Shown in pieces: positions 1-5,873 of a DNA stretch of 18,921 nt. A program made the position numbers and the translations under genes. Every line of letters begins with the position of its first letter. Position 1 is the first letter of the stretch. This stretch comes from a virus: positions 1 through 18,921 of the IMG/VR virus record IMGVR_UViG_3300045988_049202; one strand, written 5' to 3'. The notes beneath the pieces were generated by a model. That model was not told the DNA's origin and made no database searches. It saw nothing but the letters and a program-made list of their open reading frames with translations.

Positions 1-279
1 GAGGGGAGGGCCCCTGCCAGTTAGCTTTTTTCCACTACTGTTCTGTTGTGTGTTTCATCTCTGTTCTCTGTTCTGTGTTTTTCATTGCTGTTCTTGTTCT
101 GTCGTTTGTTATCATCTCTGTTGTTTACTATTTTATTCGCCTTCTTTCCGTTGTCAATTTTGCTTGCTGTTTTGTCTCATGATTTTAGTGTGTGTTTTGT
201 TTATAGTTTGAGTGGGCTGTTTTTTGTCGTTTTTTTCTGTTGTTGGGTGTGTCTTGTTTTTTTTTGTGTGGTAGATTGA

Positions 280-430
280 GGGTATCAACAAAAAACTAGA
301 GGATAGGAGAGTGAAGAAATGTAGTTGTGTTGTTAGTGTATTAAGTGCAATGGGTGCAATAAAAGCGTGTATGCCGCATTGTTTTGATGAGTGTGTTGAA
401 GCCCGGTAGGTCGATGGCCTGCCGGGTTTG
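280..430 (+). ncRNA. Candidate ITR-encoded small RNA, left copy (function unknown; pRNA is one possibility)
   Basis: About 150 nt of normal base composition follows the T+G-only tract. Upstream lies a TGn-extended -10-like element (TG 269-270, TAGATT 272-277). The stretch ends in the hairpin 402-410/418-426 plus a T-rich run. It has no credible ORF. It contains the direct repeat GTGCAAT at 345-351 and 354-360. Confidence 0.2.
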
Positions 431-449
431 TTGTTTGTGTTGTGTTTTG
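399..449 (+). terminator. Intrinsic-terminator-like hairpin plus T-rich tail inside left ITR
   Basis: The stem is CCCGGTAGG (402-410) with CCTGCCGGG (418-426), 9 bp including one G-U pair. The loop is TCGATGG. The hairpin is followed by TTTGTTGTTTGTGTTGTGTTTTG (427-449). The opposite strand has no U-tract, so it is directional (inward). Confidence 0.45.
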
Positions 450-463
450 TGGTGTGGTATGAT
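435..463 (+). promoter_or_regulatory. Left-end early promoter (sigma-70 type) at the ITR boundary
   Basis: -35 TTGTGT (435-440), 17-nt spacer, TG (455-456), -10 TATGAT (458-463). It lies about 30 nt upstream of the start of the 493-738 gene. Confidence 0.5.
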
Positions 464-492
464 ATGGGTATCAGTCAGAGGATGAAGGAAGG

Positions 493-738
493 ATGGTGGT
501 TGAGATGTGGCATTATTTTACCGTTGTTGACACGTATACGGGGTTGGATCGTGGTTTTCGGTGGCGTGAGGCGGTTTGCGGTTACTGTGGGGTTGATTAT
601 CAATTTCAATTGTATGATGGGATGTGTGGCCGCTGGATTCCGGTGAGGTCTTTTTTTGACGTGGATGATGGTTTTGAGTATTGTCGTGATTTTGATTTTA
701 AAGAATTTTATAGGACTTATGCGGAACGTTTCGTGTGA
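493..738 (+). CDS. Hypothetical small early protein (81 aa, four Cys including CGYC)
   Basis: This is the only credible plus-strand ORF. SD-like GAGGA/GAAGGAAGG lies upstream of ATG 493. The same SD and first codons MVV(E/D)M recur at the right-end gene 18173-18430. The gene is followed by the hairpin terminator 748-780. Confidence 0.6.
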   Translation: MVVEMWHYFTVVDTYTGLDRGFRWREAVCGYCGVDYQFQLYDGMCGRWIPVRSFFDVDDGFEYCRDFDFKEFYRTYAERFV

Positions 739-747
739 ATAGAAAAA

Positions 748-780
748 GAAGCCCTCTAGGTTATATGCCTAGGGGGCTTC
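748..780. terminator. Hairpin terminator between convergent genes (strong for minus strand)
   Basis: GAAGCCCTCTAGG (748-760) pairs with CCTAGGGGGCTTC (768-780), 13 bp with one mismatch; the loop is TTATATG. On the minus strand it is followed by UUUUUCU (complement of 741-747), ending the long operon after the endolysin. The plus-strand side has only a weak T-tract. Confidence 0.75.
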
Positions 781-789
781 TTGCTAATG

Positions 790-1602
790 TTAGTCGTTGA
801 GTCGTTTGGCGAGTTCTGTGGCTACTTGCTGGCCGAGGCTGGTTTTGAGACTGTCGGCTAGCTTGCCTACCTGTTCGTCGGTCAATCCCTTGCCGCTGTC
901 GGGTTTGAGGCCGTTGACGGCGAGATAGGTGCTTTCGGTGTTGTTCAGGATGGCGGGCAGGTAGTCGAATGGGTATTGTTCTGAGATGGGGCCGAGGCGT
1001 GCGGCGAGGGCGTCGATTCGGTGGGTTAGGTCTTGTAATGCGTACTCGACTGTGACGGTGTTCCCGTACCAGTTGATAGGGTCTGTTTTTACTGGCATGT
1101 CTGCTCCTCGTGTGAGTAGTTGGTTTGCTTTGTTGATGACGTAGTTTACGTCAAGTCCGTTGGGTGCGAGGTCGGGACATCCGGCGTGATTGGTTCCGGG
1201 CACTTCACGGTGTAGCCAGATGTTTCCGTTGAGTCCGTCGTGCCATAGGTGGTTCCATCCGTATCGTCGTGCGATGTCGGCGCAGAGTGCGGCGGAAGCG
1301 TCCATACATGCTTGTGTGCATGGGATTCCGTCCATTCCGCCTTCGTGTTCGATGCTGATGGTGCTGTTGTTGCTGGCGTAGTTGGCGTCTGACCATGATC
1401 CGTTACTTTCGTCAACGTATTGGTGGATAGTGCCGTCTCCTCCTACCCCGTAGTGCGCTGATGCTGTGCTTCCGGGGGATCGGAAAAAGTTGTCTGCGCT
1501 GGTCAAGTAGCCTACCATGATGTGTAGGGTGATGTGGTCTACGTGGTATCCGTCGCGCCCGTTGTAGTGATTGGGGGAACCTATCCATGTGATTCCATCC
1601 AT
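790..1602 (-). CDS. Endolysin, N-acetylmuramoyl-L-alanine amidase (Amidase_2/PGRP-type) with uncharacterised C-terminal domain
   Basis: 270 aa. The N-terminal ~160 aa carry Amidase_2-like strings: HITLHIMVG, SAHYGVGGDGTIHQYV, NSTISIEHEG, HREVPGTNHAGCPD (His/His/Cys zinc pattern of the T7-lysozyme family). SD GGAAGGAAG precedes ATG 1602. The gene is immediately downstream of the holin. Confidence 0.85.
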   Translation of the reverse strand: MDGITWIGSPNHYNGRDGYHVDHITLHIMVGYLTSADNFFRSPGSTASAHYGVGGDGTIHQYVDESNGSWSDANYASNNSTISIEHEGGMDGIPCTQACMDASAALCADIARRYGWNHLWHDGLNGNIWLHREVPGTNHAGCPDLAPNGLDVNYVINKANQLLTRGADMPVKTDPINWYGNTVTVEYALQDLTHRIDALAARLGPISEQYPFDYLPAILNNTESTYLAVNGLKPDSGKGLTDEQVGKLADSLKTSLGQQVATELAKRLND

Positions 1603-1605
1603 TGC

Positions 1606-1971
1606 CTAATCTTCCTTCCCGTTGTTTTCTCTGTTGTTGATGTTGAAAATATTGAGAATATTCGAGCTGGATAGTTCGGGGTTGATTTTCACACAGTTTT
1701 CCATGATTGATGTGATTTCAGTCAGGCAAATACCGGCGCATACGGGGATGAATACGGGTAGTTCGATTCCAAGATTGATGTAATCCGAACCGTATTCTAC
1801 GATTAACGTAACGCAAATCACTGCTAGATATGTGAACTTGTGGCCGAGGCCCTCCCTCATTTTCTCGCTGGATAATTCGCCGTGCATGATTGCGTTAACC
1901 ACGCCGGTTACGTAGTCGATGAGTACCAGTAGAAACACAATGCCGATAACGATTAATTCATGGATTGGCAT
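1606..1971 (-). CDS. Holin (Phage_holin_4_1-like)
   Basis: 121 aa with three hydrophobic segments (ELIVIGIVFLLVLIDYVTGVV, FTYLAVICVTLIV, LPVFIPVCAGICLTEI). The DYVTG...GLGHK pattern is typical of this holin family. SD GAGGA lies 6 nt before ATG 1971. The gene is directly upstream of the endolysin. Confidence 0.8.
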   Translation of the reverse strand: MPIHELIVIGIVFLLVLIDYVTGVVNAIMHGELSSEKMREGLGHKFTYLAVICVTLIVEYGSDYINLGIELPVFIPVCAGICLTEITSIMENCVKINPELSSSNILNIFNINNRENNGKED

Positions 1972-1980
1972 GAATATTCC

Positions 1981-3087
1981 TCACTTTCTTATACCTGATT
2001 GCTGTAGCAAGCCGCCAAGAATCATGCTGAACTCCGCCTTGATTTGCGGTGTTTCAAAACGTAACCGCCCGACGCGATAGGCGTTCAGTATCTTCTGCGT
2101 CATATCGTCGGAACGTTTGAGCATCATGCAATCATTGTCAACCAGTCGGTAATCAAACGTAAAATCACGGGTGATTTTAGGCTGTTTTTTGGTGATTATA
2201 TATAGTACTTCGTCGGTATCGCTTAATTGTTGGTATACGTTGAAAATACCGTATTCTGTCGTTCTCAGCGTGAACGCATATCCGGCGTCGTTAAAATCAC
2301 TGATGAGAGTATTGGCGTTATCCCTAAAATCATTGTTGATTGCATAATTCGCATAATTTTCATCATATTCGCGTAAAAACTGTCCGAACTTCGACGTGGC
2401 AACCTTTGCGCTGAACCCGCCATAATCCGCCAATTCCACCATGATGAACCCGTCGCAATACCGTTGGTATTGCGTGTGATTGTCCAACTGTGGTTTTAGG
2501 TTGATATTGAATGCTGAAAAATACGGGTTGGCGAGGGTTACGGCGTTACTGCACATGATTACGCGCACTCTATCATTCCACCGGTCAACGGTATTATAGA
2601 ATTCCTCAAGCGCCGTGACCTCGCCTCCAAGGTAACGCATGTTGTCGGGGAATATCTCATCGAAAACAATGGTGCGCACCTTGGGGTAGGCAACCGATTT
2701 CACTTGTCCGGCCTGACTGAGGGCGATGAAGTACCCCATGATGTGCCATGTTGGGCGTGTCTTGCCGTGCTTGTCCGTGGTGGCGTCCCTTTCGTCCAGC
2801 CAGTGACATTCGGCCTGATTGCCGGACACGCGAAATTCTAACTCCGGGTATTGCTCCGCGACATCCGCGAACCATGTGCCCTTGTTCTTCTGTTCCTCCG
2901 CCGTCCTGCGTAGATAGATGAATTGCCATCGTTTTTTAATCCAGTCGCCTATGACCAGTTTTTTGGCTCCGTAGGTTTTTCCGAGGCCGCGCGCGCCGAT
3001 TACGAACATCCAGGGCGCGTGATAGGATAACACGCGCCCATAATCGTAATAATCGCCCTCGGCTAACAGTTTCTCCATATGTATCAT
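1981..3087 (-). CDS. DNA encapsidation (packaging) ATPase, phi29 gp16 family
   Basis: Strong similarity along the whole length to the recalled phi29 gp16 sequence. LSYHAPWMFVIGARGLGKTY (Walker A) matches LSYDRILNFVIGARGIGKSY. WQFIYLRR matches EQFIYVRR. YPKVRTIVFDEIF (Walker B) matches YPNVSTIVFDEFI. RVRVIMCSNAVTLANPYFSAFNI matches RVRCICLSNAVSVVNPYFLFFNL. I chose the start at ATG 3087 (MIHMEKL). The 5' extension of the track ORF to 3201 overlaps the upstream gene, which ends at 3110. Confidence 0.93.
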   Translation of the reverse strand: MIHMEKLLAEGDYYDYGRVLSYHAPWMFVIGARGLGKTYGAKKLVIGDWIKKRWQFIYLRRTAEEQKNKGTWFADVAEQYPELEFRVSGNQAECHWLDERDATTDKHGKTRPTWHIMGYFIALSQAGQVKSVAYPKVRTIVFDEIFPDNMRYLGGEVTALEEFYNTVDRWNDRVRVIMCSNAVTLANPYFSAFNINLKPQLDNHTQYQRYCDGFIMVELADYGGFSAKVATSKFGQFLREYDENYANYAINNDFRDNANTLISDFNDAGYAFTLRTTEYGIFNVYQQLSDTDEVLYIITKKQPKITRDFTFDYRLVDNDCMMLKRSDDMTQKILNAYRVGRLRFETPQIKAEFSMILGGLLQQSGIRK

Positions 3088-3109
3088 TATGGCATGACAT
3101 ACGGACTTT

Positions 3110-4327
3110 TTAGAAGTTCGGCGGCGCGCTCTTCCCATCCCAGACTGCCAGTAGATTATATACAGTCCGGTACCGGCTCGGGTATTGCCCGAAAACGGCA
3201 TCGTTGAGCAGATTATCCAATAAACCGCCCAATGAGGTTGCTTTCGGTAGCGCCTCGGCGTATGCCGGGCCTTGATGATATGCAGACACCCATAGTATCT
3301 GCATTTTCGCGTCCGAGTAGGCTTGCGGATAATTGTTGTAATCCGTCTCGAACTGGTTGCGTTGCCCCTGATGTGATTCGGTGCGTTGCGCCCATGTTTT
3401 GAACGCCGCCGATTCCGCAGGCGTTAGGGGGCGTGCAAACGTCCCGCCATTGTCCATGAGTGCCGCTATCTCGGGGCATGTTTTGGCAAACGTCGCGTAG
3501 CCTGTCGGGTCGGCGGTTTTCATTGCGTTCAACACGTCCAACCGCCTGCCAAACGACCATTGCACAATCCCAATGCCCTGCCTGTTGGCTAATTCTACCG
3601 CGTCCCATTGTAATGAGCTTTCCACCGTGCCGATACAGTAGAGTGCGTAACTGCTTTTGCCGTTGCCTGTAGAGGGCGTGGCTTGGCCGTCCGAGTCACT
3701 GGGCGCTTTAAAGCTACCCTTGGCCTTCCATGTTTGGGCTGTGGCTTTGTAGAAGATCATGGTGCCCGCGCCACTGTCGTTGTCGCGGTAATGGTAGATG
3801 AGATTGTCGCCCTGTTGTTGTATCCATACGTCACTGCTGGATATGCTACCCGAGTTGTTGGAGCCGGTAGGGTTCGAGCCGCTGTCATTGTCGCCGCCGT
3901 CCGGTTTTTTGCGCGGGTGCAAATATCCGATATACGCTTTTTGCAATGGGAGTAGTTTATGCACGCTTGGCTCGGGGTTTTGCGTAATCACGTCGATAGA
4001 ATCGCCCTGTATTCCATCAACGACAATGGCCACGTGCGTTGACGGATAATTGGGATAGCAGACCTGCCATATGGCGACATCACCGGGCATGGGGTTCCAT
4101 GTGTTGTCTTTTTTCTCGAAAATCTCCCCGACTCTTGCGCTTACGGGATGGCGTGTGTATAATCCCCCGGCCCAACCTGTCGGGGTGATGCAATCCTGGA
4201 CACTACACCCGTACTCATCCATGCAATATTTCGCCCATAAGTCCCAGCATTGCGGCCCCCAACTGCCGTCCATGTCCCAAAAGTGGTTTTCGGTCTGTTT
4301 CACCCATGTCCTGAAGTCAACTGCCAT
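3110..4327 (-). CDS. Tail-associated peptidoglycan hydrolase: N-terminal CHAP peptidase plus C-terminal lysozyme/transglycosylase-like domain (gp13 analogue)
   Basis: The CHAP-like Cys and His contexts are GSWGPQCWDLWAKYC and YPSTHVAIVVDG. A G/S/N/D linker follows. The C-terminal domain has CIGTVESS...GIGIVQWS (Glu-Ser and GxxQ pattern of lytic transglycosylase/lysozyme-like folds). Its position between the appendage genes and the ATPase matches phi29 gene 13. I chose the start at ATG 4327 (MAVDF) because the upstream gene ends at 4383. Confidence 0.7.
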   Translation of the reverse strand: MAVDFRTWVKQTENHFWDMDGSWGPQCWDLWAKYCMDEYGCSVQDCITPTGWAGGLYTRHPVSARVGEIFEKKDNTWNPMPGDVAIWQVCYPNYPSTHVAIVVDGIQGDSIDVITQNPEPSVHKLLPLQKAYIGYLHPRKKPDGGDNDSGSNPTGSNNSGSISSSDVWIQQQGDNLIYHYRDNDSGAGTMIFYKATAQTWKAKGSFKAPSDSDGQATPSTGNGKSSYALYCIGTVESSLQWDAVELANRQGIGIVQWSFGRRLDVLNAMKTADPTGYATFAKTCPEIAALMDNGGTFARPLTPAESAAFKTWAQRTESHQGQRNQFETDYNNYPQAYSDAKMQILWVSAYHQGPAYAEALPKATSLGGLLDNLLNDAVFGQYPSRYRTVYNLLAVWDGKSAPPNF

Positions 4328-4382
4328 ACATAACAGTATACCCCACGGCACTGGCCGTGGGGTATCGTTGATAATAATCGCG

Positions 4383-5858
4383 TCACCACGCTCGGGTGAG
4401 TTGCGCTCCGGCCAATCCGTTAGGGGTTCCCGAGGGTTTGGTCGTGAACCCCTGCCATCCAAAATGGCCGTCGGTATCAATGTGGAACAGTGTCGTGTTG
4501 TTTGCGCCGTTAGTGATGGCCGCCACCCATGCCTGACCCTGATTCGTCCCGTCCGACGCATTCCACGCCCACATTGGCAGTCCGCTCACGTTCGTGTAGT
4601 TCGCCGGCGTGACGCCTGATGCTACGTTAAGTCCATATGTAATGGTTCCCGCGCTTGCGTCCACGGTGAGAACGAACTCCGCAGGGTTTTGTTGAGGACG
4701 CCATACGAACACTTCATGCCGTCCGTTATATGTGCCGAGCATGTATCGCATGATATAGTTTACGATGACGTTGGTTCCCAGTTCGTTGGGGTGGATATTC
4801 TCGCCATCGAATGCGTTTTCGCGCCCGAGATTCCATGTCCATGCCCACGGAATGGATTCCACGCCGGTTAGGGTTGCCGCCTCATCAATGCTTGCGGCGT
4901 TATAACGCCAATATCCCGACTCCGGTTTTTTATCCCATAACAACGGTATAGCGATGATTCGCGCATTGGGATATTCGTTGCTTACGGACTGAAACAGTTC
5001 TTGCGCGGCTGTTTTGATTGCCCCCGTATATCCGTCGATGCTGTTGCGAGACCCTCCGATAACCACCAAAGACACATCGTCATGGTTATAGGTCTTATCC
5101 GCCTTGGCTGTGTTGAACTCGCTCATATATGTGGTGTTCGGAGCGGTGTATCCCGCTCCGCTCTTTGCGTAATTATGCAAAGTCCACCCCAGTTTTTGAG
5201 CAAGCATATACGCCCAGCTTCTAGTGTTCGTGGTGTCGGCGTAGGAATCACCAAAAGTCACGATGATATTTGAGCCGTGAGACACGAACGGCTGATTTAC
5301 GCTGAGAATGCGAGAGTTGTTCTGGATGGTATTATATAGCATTGTCGCGTTGGAGGTGGAATCGGCGTGAAGCGCGTTCAAATTCGCTTCAACGGCCGTT
5401 ATGTCGGTTGTGTTGGTATGAACCGATGAGGAGAGGCCGTTTAAATTGTTCTCGATTCCCGTGGTCTTGCTCTGCAATGCGGCAATATCCCTATTGGTGT
5501 TGGTTTTGAAACCGCTGAGGTCGGTTTTCACCGCATTCAGTTCGGTGGCCGTGGTGTCAATCTTGGTTTTAAGCTGGCCTGCCGCCGTATTGTCGGTTGC
5601 GCCGAGCGCGTCCAATCGGCCCACGGCGTCATTGGCTGTGGACTGTGCGCCGTTTGCCGTCTCGCTTGCCTTGCTTGCCGAAGCGGTCGCGTTGTTCGCC
5701 GCCGCCGTGGCAGTGGTGATGTTGGTAGCGTTGGCGTACATCTGATTATCGATTTTCGTCATCGCGTCGGAGAAATCACCACGCCACGACGGGCGGTCGT
5801 TCGGATTGTCGCCAAACGTCGGCAGATTATAGTGTCCGGTATGCTGTGTTGTAGACAT
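4383..5858 (-). CDS. Tail fibre/appendage protein with coiled-coil stalk, SGNH (GDSL) esterase domain and C-terminal beta-rich domain
   Basis: 491 aa. The N-terminal motif HTGHYNLPTFGDNPNDRPSWRGDFSDAMTKID is shared with the 5874-6290 product. A T/N/A-rich heptad-like stalk follows. SGNH blocks are FGDSY (I), AKSGAGY (II), IGGSRNS (III) and DGENIHPN (V). SD AAGGAAAG precedes ATG 5858. Confidence 0.75.
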   Translation of the reverse strand: MSTTQHTGHYNLPTFGDNPNDRPSWRGDFSDAMTKIDNQMYANATNITTATAAANNATASASKASETANGAQSTANDAVGRLDALGATDNTAAGQLKTKIDTTATELNAVKTDLSGFKTNTNRDIAALQSKTTGIENNLNGLSSSVHTNTTDITAVEANLNALHADSTSNATMLYNTIQNNSRILSVNQPFVSHGSNIIVTFGDSYADTTNTRSWAYMLAQKLGWTLHNYAKSGAGYTAPNTTYMSEFNTAKADKTYNHDDVSLVVIGGSRNSIDGYTGAIKTAAQELFQSVSNEYPNARIIAIPLLWDKKPESGYWRYNAASIDEAATLTGVESIPWAWTWNLGRENAFDGENIHPNELGTNVIVNYIMRYMLGTYNGRHEVFVWRPQQNPAEFVLTVDASAGTITYGLNVASGVTPANYTNVSGLPMWAWNASDGTNQGQAWVAAITNGANNTTLFHIDTDGHFGWQGFTTKPSGTPNGLAGAQLTRAW

Positions 5859-5873
5859 CGTTACTTTCCTTTG

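Larger units (their letters stand above)
1..460. repeat. Left inverted terminal repeat (ITR), perfect 460-bp copy
   Basis: 1-460 is the exact reverse complement of 18462-18921. I compared it base by base over 1-70 and 241-460; the identical 77-aa artefact ORFs at 46-279 and 18643-18876 cover the middle. The first mismatch is 461 vs 18461. Degenerate homology continues to about 507/18415. Confidence 0.95.

Noticed and set aside
46-279. A 77-aa ORF (TTG start) in the left ITR and its identical twin at 18643-18876
   Set aside because: The product is almost only F/L/C/V/S, which follows directly from the T+G-only composition. There is no SD and the start is non-ATG. It lies in the terminal origin region. 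I treat it as a composition artefact.
319-324. A minimal ATG-TAG start-stop pair, 9 nt downstream of GGAGA, in the ITR
   Set aside because: It could be a chance occurrence. Nothing else supports a regulatory start-stop ORF.
350-409. A 19-codon ORF (MGAIKACMPHCFDECVEAR) inside the ITR non-coding unit
   Set aside because: There is no SD upstream and it runs into the terminator stem. It is too short to judge, so I keep it only as a caveat to the small-RNA idea.
428-646. A 72-aa plus-strand ORF overlapping the 493-738 gene
   Set aside because: It starts at a TTG inside the T-rich terminator tail and promoter, with no SD. The 493 frame has an SD and a start region conserved at the other genome end.
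1146-1415. Nested ORFs inside the endolysin gene and similar small internal ORFs at 2657-2929, 3213-3608, 5942-6217, 6576-6794, 7074-7286, 9401-9664, 10487-10777, 11220-11726, 13570-13920 and 14413-14628
   Set aside because: They are alternative frames of genes whose main frames carry recognisable domains. Their composition is R/P/T-rich in the manner typical of off-frame translation. None has an independent SD.
3088-3201. 5' extensions of track ORFs: ATPase to 3201, tail lysin to 4561, capsid to 12807, TP to 15782, the 16624 gene to 17274, and the 17352 gene to 17639
   Set aside because: Each extension overlaps the 3' end of the upstream gene or a terminator hairpin. Each also lacks an SD, whereas an internal start with a good SD lies just after the upstream stop.
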